Part shown: positions 1 to 11,430 of the stretch, one piece after another
Numbering within the stretch: the stretch's first letter is position 1
How the letters are laid out: every line of letters starts with the position of its first letter
Source of the DNA: Mobula hypostoma
Taxonomy: Eukaryota
Direction of reading: 5' to 3'
DNA length: 64,000 bases
Assembly (NCBI RefSeq): GCF_963921235.1
Contig: NC_086097.1
Location: 101,620,001 to 101,684,000 of the forward strand
Notes under the pieces: model-generated
What the model saw: the letters and a program-made list of their open reading frames with translations, nothing else
What the model was told of the DNA's origin: nothing
Databases searched by the model: none
Position numbers and translations under genes: made by a program

Positions 1-300
1 TGAAAGTACATAGTCTCTTTCCCAGAAAGGGGTTGCTTAAAAATAAGAAGGCATAGGTTTAAGATCAGAGCAAGTGATGGTAAAAGGACACCTGCGCAAC
101 TTCTTCATGCAAAGGGTGGTGTGTATTTGGAATTATGGTTGAGGGGGGCACATTAGTAACATTTAAAACCTGTTTAGCTAAAAACCTGGACACAGGTTTA
201 AAGGGCTGTGGACCAAACACAGCCAGATGGTATTAGCTCACTTGGCATAGATGAGTTGAACCAATGGTCCAGTTTCTATGCTGTATGACTCTATGGCTAA
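1..300 (+). mobile_element. CR1-type LINE 3' end fragment
   Basis: gcataggtttaag...cttcttcatgcaaagggtggtgtgtatttggaa...gtttctatgctgtatgactctatg resembles the 3' ends of the larger CR1 copies in this window. Confidence 0.7.
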
Positions 301-529
301 GTGGTTTCACCTTAGAATAGCCTTAGCTAGGTGCTATCTTTATTAATGGCCAAATAACACAAAAGAAGGCTTTGTACCCAAGTTTGCTTATTGTCCTAAG
401 CTTTATTGTAGAATAGGTGAGGTAGATGGATGAACAGAATTATAAAAGCACAATGGAGGATTAACAGCGTGATTATTCTGCATGTAAATTATATCAATGT
501 GAGGGAGGAAATACATATTGAACCAAACA

Positions 530-1061
530 CAGCTAGATCCAAAGCAAAGAAAGAACTGCTGGAGAAACTCAGGGGTTCAGGCAACAGCATGGCATCACTA
601 AATTTTGGGTCAAGCATGTTGAGGGGAGATGGACCAGCAGCTGACAGATAGAACCAATAGAGGATGGGTTGATGGGCAGGTGGGGCCGGGGGGAAGGGTA
701 AAGTAAGCAACAGAGGCTGGGAGGTGATCGGTGGACGCAACAAAGGGCTACAGGTGATGGAATCTGATAAGAAACCAGATATGTGAGGCATGGTAGACAG
801 ATGGATACAGTGGGCAGACAGGGGTTTTAGTGGCTAGAGTGTGGGGGAAGAGGGGGAGAGACAAAAAAGCAGTAAGGAGGGGTCTGGGGGCTGAGAAGGG
901 AACAGTGGGGCATGCGGGTTAGCTGAAATGCCCATGCCATTGAGCTGGTAGATCCAGAAAAGTCATCAACCTAATCCTGCTTTCCTCTCTACAGATACTG
1001 CCTGACCCACTGAGTGTTTCCAGTATTTTCTGTTTTTATTCCAGACTTCCAGCATCTAGAA
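530..1061 (-). mobile_element. Degenerate Penelope-like 3'/pseudo-LTR remnant with inverted end
   Basis: ctgctggagaaactcagggg...cagcat plus a purine tract, and the inverted end gatactgcctgacccactgagtgtttccagtattttctg...cttccagcatct; similar to 4350-4440. Confidence 0.5.
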
Positions 1062-1144
1062 CAGTGGTTCCCAACCTTTTTTTTATGCCAGGATCCCCCT
1101 ACCATTAATTGAGGGGTCTATAGACCCCAAGTTGGCATCCCCTG
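1062..1144. mobile_element. hAT (Charlie-like) MITE, 83 bp
   Basis: Imperfect TIRs CAGTGGTTCCCAAC...GTTGGCATCCCCTG; 8-bp TSD ATCTAGAA/ATCTAGAG with the NTCTAGAN Charlie-type target; related copy at about 5232-5311. Confidence 0.75.
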
Positions 1145-1474
1145 ATCTAGAGAGCTTTGCTTTTCAACACACCAGATTATCTAGTTTGAGAATCAAAGTC
1201 CAGATGCTAGAAGTCTGAAATAAATACAGTAAACACAGGTAATGCCTGTGGAGAGGCAGAGTTGACACTTGTTAGATAAAGGGACTTCAACCTGAAATGT
1301 TTTCTCTTGTTTTGGCTTCTGCAGATTCCACCTGACTTGCTGGGTGTTTTGCTGTGTGTGACCTGCACACTGTCCCCACTCTCAGCACTGTGTTGGCTGG
1401 GGAAGGAGGTTGCAGTCTGCCTTGTAGTAATGGTGAGAGGGCCCTCCCCTCTGCCTGTGCTCTTTGTCTCTTAC

Positions 1475-1591
1475 CTGTCTGCCATCCCCTTGGTTGCACT
1501 GGTCCAGCACAACCTGTGAATCTGTGGAGAAGTTTGTAATCGCCACACACTTGTCCATCTGCTTAATCATGGATTCAGACAAAACCCATTC
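1475..1591 (-). CDS. GALNT16: GALNT16-like lectin-domain exon (117 nt, or 120 nt with the upstream AG): EWVLSESMIKQMDKCVAITNFSTDSQVVLDQCNQGDGRQ
   Basis: Overlaps ORF 1382..1582; ctcagcAG / GTaaga sites; Q-x-W across the junction plus paired cysteines. Confidence 0.9.
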
Positions 1592-2468
1592 CTGCTGAGA
1601 GTGAAACAGTCAAAAACCCAGTCAGAGCTCCAGCATAACCAAAGTTATATCAGCAGCTTCATATATCTATAAAACCATTCCCTTTCTCCAGGTTCCTTCT
1701 TATCTTGTCTTATCAGAACAAAGGAGTTGGTCATCTGGCCCACTGGCTCCAAGCAGCCTCCTAAAGGAGAACTCCCATCATCCCCTTCTGTGTAACCCTA
1801 CCACTTGTTCTTTCTCACACAAAGCTTCACAACTCTTCAGTGGTTCTTTTGACACTAAGGACAATTATCCTACCAACCCACACGTCTGGAATGCAGGAGG
1901 AAACTGGCTCAGCCGGGGGAAACTCATGTAGCCACAGGGATTATGTGCAAACCCCACACAGTCAGTACATGAGATCAGGATCGAATCTGTGTTGCTGGAA
2001 TTGTGAAACAACAACAACACTAACTGCTGTAGCACCTTGCCAGCTCCTCCTCTCTTCTGAAGGCGATGACCATTAAATAAATCACAAAAAATATTGGTCT
2101 CGCTATCATCGGAGATAATTTATCTTCCCTGCCTTCCCTGTTTATGATCTTCACTGCTGCAACACTAGGGCCACTGGCTCAGATCAGAGCTGGGCTCACC
2201 ACTGGGCTACATCCTCCACCTTGTCTCCAATGAAAGTTCAGGCCTGGGACACGACTGTGTAGTAACTGCACTTTCTGAGGAAGACTCCTCCCTCCTCTGA
2301 GGCTTCACATCTCACATCAACCATCACCGGGGTAGATTACCCAGACTCTCCCTGCTGTGCTTGGGATGCAGTGTGAAAGTTGAGCAGTTTCCTTTCCTGC
2401 TGAGCTGAATCAGGAGGGAGGGACAGTGCAAACTGGGATATACAGAGGTGCTTCAGAAAAGAAAGACT

Positions 2469-2714
2469 TTCCACAAGAGCTTTGTACCATTCCCAATCAT
2501 GCTGATTTATTCCACAAGAGCGTTCTACCATTCCCAATCATGCTGATTTATTCCACAAGAGCGTTCTACCATTCCCAATCATGCTGATTTATTCCACAAG
2601 AGCATTCTACCATTCCCAATCATGCTGATTTATTCCACAAGAGCATTCTACCATTCCCAATCATGCTGATTTATTCCACAAGAGCATTGTACCATTCCCA
2701 ATCATGCTGATTTA
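2469..2714. repeat. Minisatellite, 6 x 41 bp (TTCCACAAGAGCRTTCTACCATTCCCAATCATGCTGATTTA)
   Basis: Direct head-to-tail copies, near identical. Confidence 0.95.
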
Positions 2715-2799
2715 TTCAAGTTCTCAGACACAAAGAGCAGCCCCATCAGTGAGATACCAAAAATTGAAGTGAGTGGTTGCACTGTTGTAGGAAGGATTC

Positions 2800-3240
2800 T
2801 ATTAAGCTGGAAAGAGATTATGAGGATGTTGAGGTCCTCATTTACTGTATAGGGAGAGTTGGGCTGGCTAAGACGATATTCCTGTAAAGTAGGAGAGTGA
2901 GGGGTGACATATGGAGGTGTATAAAATCATGAAGGACATAGATAGGGTGAATAGGGCATAGTCTTTTTTCCCCAGAGAAAGCACGACAAAAACTAGAGGG
3001 CATCGGTTTAAGGTGAAAAGGGATCTATGGGGCTACTTCTTCACACAGAAGGCAGTCAGTATATGACCTGCCTGAGAAAGTAGTTGTGGGAGGTACAACA
3101 ACAACATTTAACAGCCATATAGGTAGGAAAGGTTTAGCGGGATCTGGGTCAAACGTGGGCAAATGGGATTAGATTAAGTGGGCACCTCAGCTGGAATGAG
3201 TGAAAGGCCTATTTCCATTCTGCATTACCCTCTGACTCTA
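2800..3240 (+). mobile_element. CR1 LINE 3' fragment
   Basis: Degenerate RGDxxEVYKIM and FFTQ coding remnants plus CR1-type 3' UTR. Confidence 0.7.
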
Positions 3241-3446
3241 TTCAACCCCAAGGCTCTGCCATCCCTATCCTAAATCATACCAGACCATGTGCTCCCTACC
3301 CACTAAAAATTCTTGCTCTTGGGTTGGGAATCCCTCCATGAGTTTGCCCCTTGGGATGTATTTCGAGACGGCACATCACAGAATCATTGCAACAAGGGAA
3401 GAGGCTGTTCAGCCCATTGAGTCTGTCCTGTCTCTACAATGAGTGA

Positions 3447-4445
3447 ACACGAGGTGGTAGGTGAGGTGGGATGGGTTCCCCTTGTCCTAACCTACCACCC
3501 CACCAGCCTCCGGGTCCAACATATTATTCTCCGTAACTTCCGCCACCTCCAATGGGATCCCACCACTAAGCACATCCTTCCCTACCCCCCCGCCTTGCTT
3601 TCCGCAGGGATCGCTCCCTACGCGATTCCCTTGTCCATTCATCCCCCCATCCCTCCCCACTGATCTCCCTCCTGGCACTTATCCTTTCTAAGTGCTACAC
3701 ATGCCCTCACCACCATTCAGGGCCCCAGACAGTCCTTCTAGGTGAGGCACACTTCACCTGTTGGCTGGGGTGATATACTGTGTCCGGTGCTCCCGATGTG
3801 GCCTTCTATATATTGGCGAGACCCGACACAGACTGGGAGATCGTTTCGCTGAGCACCTACGCTCTGTCCGTCGGAGAAAGCAGGATCTCCCAGTGGCCAC
3901 ACATTTTAATTCCACGTCCCATTCCCATTCTGATATGTCTATCCATGGCCTCCTCTACTGTAAAGATGAAGCCACACTCAGGTTGGAGGAACAACACCTT
4001 ATATTCTGTCTGGGTAGCCTCCAACCTGATGGCATGAACATTGACTTCTCTAACTTCCGCTAATGCCCCACCTCCCCCTTGTACCCCATCCGTTATTTAT
4101 TTATATACATTCTTTTTCTCTCTCTTCTTTTTCTCCCTCTGTCCCTTTCACTATACTCCTTGCCCATCCTCTGGGTTTTTCCCCCCTCCCCCTTTCTCCC
4201 TGGGCCTCCTGTCCCATGATCCTCTCATATCCCTTTTGCCAATCACCTGTCCAGCTCTTGGCTCCATCCCTCCCCCTCCTGTCTTCTCCTATCATTTCGG
4301 ATCTCCCCCTCCCCCTCCCACTTTCAAATCTCTTACTAGCTCTTCTTTCAGTTAGTCCTGATGAAGGGTCTTGGCTCAAACGTCAACTGTACCTCTTCTT
4401 AGAGGTGCTGCCTGGCCTGCTGCGTTCACCAGCAACTGTGATATT
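3447..4445 (+). mobile_element. 5'-truncated Penelope-like retroelement: GIY-YIG endonuclease region, pyrimidine tract and pseudo-LTR with a degenerate hammerhead
   Basis: ORF 3761..4063 GVIYCVRCSRCGLLYIGET...PDGMNIDFSNFR; PLVLTYHP motif upstream; ctgatgaagggtcttggctcaaacgtc near 4358-4384; flanked by the 14-bp direct repeat TCTACAATGAGTGA (3433-3446, 4446-4459). Confidence 0.88.
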
Positions 4446-4539
4446 TCTACAATGAGTGATCCAGTTTGTCCTATCCTTCTAGCCTTTTCTCCAAGTACAA
4501 CACAGTAAGCTGCTTGGAAACTTGGAGGCTGCCACTCAC

Positions 4540-4684
4540 CTGGCTGGAAGAAATTATGTTTTGAGTGTCTGAGCACTGGCCGAGTTTGATGATGGGGTTG
4601 GCTGTTCTATAAGGACTCTGAAGTTCTAAACATCTTCCTTTCTGTCGTATCACGACTGTTTCATGCACCTCCTTCTCTGGAATT
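4540..4684 (-). CDS. GALNT16: GALNT16-like exon (145 nt), start of ricin-B lectin domain: IPEKEVHETVVIRQKGRCLELQSPYRTANPIIKLGQCSDTQNIISSSQ
   Basis: gcttcAG / GTgagt sites; phase 2 to 0 fits; paired cysteines of a ricin-type subdomain. Confidence 0.88.
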
Positions 4685-5175
4685 CTGAAGCAAAAATTAA
4701 AGAATGAACCTTAGCCTTCAAGTTGACAAACTATAACGAAAGAATTACTGTAAAAATAATGTTATACAACAGGGCTGACACTAATCCATATCTACATAAT
4801 CCATATCTACAGCAAACAAGGAGGATTCCAGGAAAGCTGAGGGCCAATATTTCAATTATTCCTCATGCAGACCAAGGGAACAGAATGTTTTCGGGAAGAT
4901 ACCGACTCCAAATGTTACAGTGACTTTGTAAGAAGCTTCAAGCCCTGTAGTTGGTACAGGTGTGGGAGAGGGGAGAACAACAGGTACTAAGCAATGAGGG
5001 GTGTCCTACTGAGCTCAAGGTAACCCGCCTGGAGATCTGAGCCTAGTCCTGGGGTCCATTCTTTAGGAAGTTTAATGTGTAGCTTTGTAAAAAATTCACC
5101 AGAATTATTCCAGGGCTAAATTATTAAGATGAATTGCAAAACCAGAACCTCCAATCCCTTAGGTAAAATGAAAGT

Positions 5176-5830
5176 GGAGACACAAGAGACCGCAGGCACT
5201 GGAACCCAGAGCAACACACGAGATACTGCAGGTGGGGTTCCCAATCTTTTTTATGCCATGGACCCCTAGCATTAACCAAGGGGTCTGTGGACCCCAGGTT
5301 GGGAACCCCTCCCAGGAACTCAACAGCTTAGAGGGCATCTGTGGAGGGAAATGTTTCTGACTGAGAACCTCCATCAGGACTGAAAGACAGTGGGGAGAAG
5401 GCCGGTAAAAAAGGTGGAGCAGGTGATAGAGAAGAAAATGAATAGCAGATGAGGGAGGGGAGAGTGGAAACTGTGACAAAGTCTGGGAGGTGACAAAGGA
5501 CTGAAAATGTGGAGAGGAAGGTGGCGTGTTGAACCGAGAGAGGGAGGTGGAGAGGGCGGAGGGGCTCAGTAGGGTGTGAGGATGTGTGGATGATTGGTGG
5601 ATGGATTCAAAGCAGGAGGAAAAGGAAGGGGTGCAGGAGGAATGATAAGGTCAGGAAGAGAAAGAAAAAGCAGAGGAGTAGAGTAGGATATTGGGAATTG
5701 GAGAATTCAGTGTTCATGCCATCGGTTGTAGACTACCCAGATGGAACATGATGTACTGTTCCTCTGGTTTGTACCTCACCTCATCTTGGCAATGGAGGAG
5801 GCCGAGGGCAGAGTGCAAAATTAAAATGGC
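5176..5830 (-). mobile_element. Older Penelope-like 3' remnant carrying an inserted hAT MITE (about 5232-5311)
   Basis: Reverse-strand HLGSLQP/GMNTEF-like coding remnant at about 5700-5760; pseudo-LTR-like ends. Confidence 0.6.
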
Positions 5831-6516
5831 GAGCTGCTGAGAAGTGCATGTGGCGCTTAAGGTGATTCAAGATAGGAAAGAAGCATTTAAAAGATTATCA
5901 GGAAGATTCATGTTCTCATATAAACTAGTGCAGGTGGAATACTTTGTAAGCTGCTGAAAGTTGAGTGGGAGAGTTATAGGGGGCAAGTATGTCGGAAGTG
6001 CAAAGACTGCTGGGTAGATATAAAGAGGAACTCTAATGGCAACCACAGTTAAGACTGATATTTTACAATGTGTCCAGGATAATTTTCAAAGCTGTGTGTT
6101 TCTGCTCCATTGCTTTATCTGGTTGTGGGAATGAAGGTATTCAGCAGCACCAGGTTTTGATAGGGGACATGTAGGAGATAGCAGAAATACAGGATAGCTT
6201 AAAACAGCAGGAGCAATCCAAAATAAAAATAAATAGCACGTTTCAATAGGATGAGGGAGAATCTGACCCAAGTAGACTGGAGCCAAAAGTTGACTGGCAA
6301 AGCTGTAAAACGACCTTCGAGGACAGTACAGGGACTTTGAGGACCACTGGACATATTCAGCCCCCTGTGTCCGTGCTGGCTCTTGTCAGAACAACTCATC
6401 AGTCCTAGTCTCAGTAACCTCGGGCACTGCCGGTAATGGGAAGGGGAGTCATTGAGTATTGTAAGCACCCATGATGGGAGGAGAGGGAGGTGAAGGGAAA
6501 CTGATAGTAATCCTAC

Positions 6517-6600
6517 CGCAGTTCGGGATAGATGTTTTCGAGGTACCACTGGAAGGACTTGCACTGTAATCTCCTACGCAGCTCAACTCGATCAGCAACA
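6517..6600 (-). CDS. GALNT16: GALNT16-like exon (84 nt): [27 protein letters not shown](R)
   Basis: tgtttcAG / GTagga sites; CKSFxWYLENxYPEL ends the catalytic domain. Confidence 0.95.
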
Positions 6601-6699
6601 CTGAAACAGAGACAGAGACCACACAGTTGCAGTCAACTTGAGAACAGCCAGGGAAAAGTGGACCATATCCATTCGAGGGCTAGACATTCTGAGTGCCTT

Positions 6700-7210
6700 C
6701 TAAGTGATAGTCATGGATCAACAGAGCACGGAAACAGACCACTCGGCCCAACTGATTCGTGCTGACCAAAGCATCCGTCTAAACTATTCCCACTTGCCTG
6801 GGTTTGGCCCATGGGTGTGTAAATTATGCTTAATTTATATTAATTGGTTTGTGTTACTTGTTTTGTTCTCGTCTTCATAATGTACTGTGTTGCTACTGCA
6901 AAAAGCTATTTTGCCTGGTATTTATACCCTATGTAGGTATGCCCATGAAAATAATCATGAACTTGAACTACTTCTCTAAACTTTACCTCTTCAAGTACCT
7001 GTCCAACTGTCTTTCAAATTTCATCATTGTACTTGCCTCAACCATTTCCTTTGGCAGCTTGTTCTATACATGCACCACTGTCTATGTCCCTCACGTCTCA
7101 TTAAATCTTTCCCCTCTCATCCTAAACCTATGCTTCTAGTTCTTAATTCCCTGGGCATTCACCCCCTCTACACCCCTCATAATTTTATACATAAGGTCCT
7201 CTTGAGCTTT
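6700..7210 (-). mobile_element. CR1 3' fragment interrupted by a LINE tail
   Basis: Reverse-complement CR1 3' UTR motifs (acagagcacggaaacagacc, tcaagtacctgtccaac). Confidence 0.55.
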
Positions 7211-7578
7211 CACACAGCTCCAGATACAGGCAAGGCAGGTGATAGGGTGTGGGTTGTGCTTACACTATGGCCCACAAACTCTGCATCCTTGAATTTCGAG
7301 GGCCTCAGCCACCTGCCCTTGTCCACACACCTTATCACCCAGTGACGAGGATGTGTAGCACTTATGAAGTTAAAGGTTAGAAATTCAGTCCTTTAAAGAT
7401 CCCAGAAGATCAGGCACCAGGAAAGGATGTCTCATTGCTGTGGGTTCCCTCTGCAGGGCAGTCCTGTTGATGGTCTATACAGTGAAATGTCACCAGCTGC
7501 TGCACGGAAGTAGATTTTGATTACTGAGTGTAAAGAAAAAGGCAGACAGTATAACAGGAATGGAGTTTGCAAACTCAC

Positions 7579-7671
7579 TTTCCATAAGGCTTGCCAACAG
7601 CTGCAGGGCGGGCTTTGTAGTAGTACTGTTTGTAATCATCCATCCAAACCTCCACAGTGCGTTTGGTGTTC
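7579..7671 (-). CDS. GALNT16: GALNT16-like exon (93 nt): [30 protein letters not shown](N)
   Basis: cactgaAG / GTgagt sites; EVWMD motif. Confidence 0.94.
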
Positions 7672-7804
7672 CTTCAGTGAAGACATTCAATAAAGAAACT
7701 TGAAGCATCAAATAAGATTTTGGACTGACCAGTAACCACTCAAAGCAAGTGACATTTTGGTATCCCAGACTAATTAATTCTGTTAGATAATTGTAGTAGA
7801 GTAT

Positions 7805-8480
7805 ACCCCCTGTTTACATCAATAGTGTTTGTTAGAGACAGTTGAAAGCTTCATGTTCCTAGCTGCAAATATTATCAAAAGCCTGTCCTGGTCCAACTAT
7901 ACGGAATCTATGGCCAACAAAGTACACTATCATCCCTGCTTCCTCAGAAGACTAAGGAAATTCAACATATCCCCGATGACCTCTACCAATTTTAACAGAT
8001 ACATCACAGACAGAATCTTATCCGGATGCATCATGGCAGGGTATGGAAACTGCTCTGCCCAAGACCTCAAGAACTGCAGAGTTGTAAATGCAGGCAAGTC
8101 TATCACAAACACCAGCCTCCCACCATTGACCCTGTCTACACTTCCTGCTGCAACATCAAAAACAGCCAATATAACCAGAGAACCCTCCCACCCCAGTCAC
8201 CCCCCCTTCTCCCCCCTTCTATCGAGCAATCTTTTAAAGGATGTAGACGAGAGCCAGTAGGTTTGGAGACAGCTTCTATCCCACTGTTATAAGACCTCAT
8301 GTACAGTAAGAATTCCTAACCTCACAATGTCCCTCATTATGGGTTGTCTACTTGCACTACACTTCCCCTGCAGCTGCAGGACTTTATCCTGCATTATACC
8401 ATCTCAACCTACTTGCATATGGAATGACATATGTGTAGAGCATGCAAAACATTCTTCACTGTACCTTGGTACAATTAAAC
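7805..8480 (+). mobile_element. Rex1/Babar (L2-group) LINE 3' fragment
   Basis: ORF 7829..8260 FLRRLRKF...ILSGCIMAGYGNCS...PSHPSH, as in the other Rex-like copies. Confidence 0.7.
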
Positions 8481-10324
8481 AGTTCCAGAATAATCACAAA
8501 GTCCTTTACCCGCTCATTCTCTGCTTCCCACTATGACGGCTTCTGGTTGTGAAGTTGGTGCATTCTGTACTCAAGGAATAGATCACTGTGACTTGGACGC
8601 TGACCTCTCACAGTCCAGGCAGCCTGGTGTGCAGGGGACAGCACACAGGCCTGACCTTCCTCCAAAGCATGTGTGTCCCTGCACAGGGAGCCGTGTGACT
8701 CCTGAAGGACTTGGTAGGCAGCACTATCACTGACACCCACAACCCTGCTCCACTTTCATTGAATAGTTTCCTCTGTTTAAATAATAATATTACACTTTCT
8801 GCAACTTACAACGGCAATGTTTGCTACCTCTGCCTTACATTCATGGTTGGTTGACAAGATGAAGGAGGTGGTCCCTGGGAGCCAGGCTTTACTGCTGTCA
8901 GCACTTCAGCTTCACGCTGCCTGAGAAGGTTTCAGCTCTTTCCCCAGAGAGGGGTGGAACTCAGCCATTGTCACATCCTACACAGAGGACTCTACTGCCC
9001 CGGAGAGCTGGGTCTGTTTCAGCCTCTTGCCATAGGGACTGTGGTACACAATGCTCTCCACCACTAGAAGAGGGAAAGAGAGACACTTCCCTCCCAACCT
9101 CCATCAGCCCTGTTTTCCTTCCATTTTCCAGGACATCCCACGCTTCTCAGTGGTGTGGCCTGGATGTAACAGGGTGGGGAGACCTTAGGGTCTCCACCAG
9201 TCTCCCTTTGCTTGTATGGTTGGTGTTTTAAGGCCTGTGATACTGCTAGAAGAACTCAGAAGGTCAGAGAAATGGCCAACATGTCAGGTCAAGGCCCTGC
9301 ACTTGGATGCAGAGTGCCAAGGGGAAGTGGTAGAAGCAGGTGAGGAACAGGATGATGGACAGGTGGAACTAGGTGGCCCTCCATTTTGGCCCCAAGAAGG
9401 ATTTTGGATATGTACTATCCATTCACGGCATCTCCCAGTGGTTTTCCCTCCACGTCCCTACCTTCCACTCTCGCCTCGTCATCCCATCATCTGGTGCCAC
9501 CATTACCCACAACCCCGTTTCACTCTGTAAACCAGCTATCTCCCCTCTACCCTGATGCAGCGTCTCAGTCCCGAAATATCAACCATCTCTCTGCCTCCAT
9601 GGATTCTGCTTGACTCACTGAGTTCGTCCAGCAGTTTGTTGCTTCGGATTTCCAGCATCTGCAGTCTCCTGCGTCCGCATTGCTATCCTTGCCCAGAAAG
9701 CTTACTACGTTCCTGGAGTGTGTACACGTGTATACACACACACACACACACACACCTATTTAAACACAGATCCAGATGTTTCTATCAGTGATTCCCTGTT
9801 TCTCCACAGACTGGCTCCTTTTTTGCTTTATTATGTTAAAACCATGAATTGACTTACCTTTTCAAAGTCTATTCATGGCATTGCCTGTGTCCTGGTCTTG
9901 CCTCAATTGGTACAATACTTAAACAACATGGGTGTTGTACTTAAAGCAAAAAGCTGCAGGTGCCAGAAATCCAAAATGAGATGACTGGGCGTGTTCTGTA
10001 GTCAGGCAGCGGGTAGCAAGAGAAACAATTTATCATTGGATGTATAGTCCAATGGATGTACAGCCCATCACTGAAAGTGACTTCTCTCTGTCCTCAGAGT
10101 GCAGCTTTGAAACTTCTAGTTTCCCTTTAGTTTGCTAAGTTGGCACTACGAAAGCATTTTGTCCCATTGGGGGTGGACAGGTGCGGGATGTTAGGTAGGA
10201 ACACCATCTCGGCTTGTTGATTTCTGCAAACACACCCTACATGTTTGTTAATTTGCAAGTAGTTGGGAGGTGGGATCACCAGTTCAACCTGATCACCAGC
10301 TCCCTGCCTGACCCTCATTCCCCC

Positions 10325-10579
10325 AATACGCTGCACGTTCTAGGGGTTGTTCTAGTTTGGGGGCTGCACCCTCCATGAGAGCTGACCTGATGTAGGTGAG
10401 TGCGTTTCCCTTGGGAATACGTTGTTCTAGTTTGGGGGCTACACCCTCCGTGAGAGCTGACCTGTAGGTGAGTGCGTTTCCCTCAGGAATACGTTGCACG
10501 TTGTAGGAGTTGCTCTAGTTTGGGGGCTACACCCTCCATGAGGGCTGACCTGATGTAGGTGAGTGCGTTGCCCTCGGGG
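10325..10579 (-). repeat. Three tandem copies (about 72-92 bp) of the GALNT16 exon 3' end plus intron start
   Basis: Repeated GNALTY(I)R|GTCAGC...CCCCCAAACTAGA; GT donors at 10548-49, 10460-61 and 10385-86. Confidence 0.9.
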
Positions 10580-10676
10580 AAGTCGTACGGATGTCGCTTG
10601 CGGAAAACGTGCCCAACACGACTGCATGGAACAATTTCCAAACTTCCTCCGCACATCCAGACACGGAAAGACAGCT
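10550..10676 (-). CDS. GALNT16: GALNT16-like exon (127 nt): [42 protein letters not shown](R)
   Basis: Within ORF 10483..10749; cttccAG / GTcagc sites; [10 protein letters not shown] motif. Confidence 0.96.
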
Positions 10677-10889
10677 CTGGAAGTGAGCACAGGAACAGCA
10701 AGAGCGATGAACAGCAAGACCACAGGTGTGCACCTTCCACCTTCCTCACAGGTAGGGGCCTTTGGTCACCACGACCTCCCCCCTACTCAGGCAACGAGCA
10801 GGGGAAACCATGAATCACCCTCAGCCTTTGCCAAACCCCAAATTCCTGGCACACTGGATGGACCCAACATGCTGCTCACTAGGAAGGGC

Positions 10890-11430
10890 AGTTGTACAGG
10901 TTAGTGAGAACATACTTGGAGTGTTATGTACAAGTCTGGTTGCCCTGCTTGAGAAAGGATATCATGAAGCTGGAAAGGGTGTGGGAAAGATTCTAAGGAC
11001 ATTTACTGGGACTGGAGGGCTTGAATTATAGGGAGAGGCTGAAAGGGCTGTGAATATTTTCCCTGGAGTGGAGGAGGTATTAAAATCACGAAGGTCTAGG
11101 TAAGGTAAATATGGTCACCTACTTTTTCTCACTGCAGACAAGTCTAAAACTCGAGGACACAGGTTTAAGGTGTGAGAGAAGACTTAAAGGGAGTCCTGAG
11201 GGGCTATTTTCACATGGGGGTGGTGGGTATGTGGATTGAGAGTCAGAGAGGTGGTTGACGTGGGTGAAGTTACAATACAGTACTTAAAAGACATTTAGAG
11301 AGGTATATGGATAAGGAAGGTTTAGAGGAATATGGGCCAAATTCAGATAAATGGGTCTATCTCAGGGAGGCATGTTGGTCAGCACGAAGAAGATGGGCCA
11401 CAAGGCCTGTTTCCCTGCTGATTATCTCCA
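10890..11430 (+). mobile_element. CR1 LINE 3' fragment
   Basis: LECYVQVW / LERVW remnants and CR1 3' UTR. Confidence 0.7.

Noticed and set aside
1..1474. Terminal GALNT16 coding exon
   Set aside because: No recognisable third ricin repeat found by eye; the region is mostly repeats, so the exon is probably beyond position 1.
2337..2537. Minus-strand ORF as an extra GALNT16 exon
   Set aside because: No lectin-domain similarity; starts inside the minisatellite; exons 4540-4684 and 1475-1591 already join correctly.
2469..2714. 41-bp repeats as a CRISPR array
   Set aside because: Head-to-tail units with no unique spacers, eukaryotic intron context and no cas genes.
4354..4390. Active hammerhead in the Penelope pseudo-LTR (also near 21127, 9552 and 33990)
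   Set aside because: The conserved GAAAC/GUC core or stems are mutated (for example CAAAC and AAAAC); treated as decayed relics.
10293..10499. ORF with repeated GNALTY as a paralogous gene or true exon
   Set aside because: Explained by local tandem duplication of the exon end; no good acceptor and no catalytic context.
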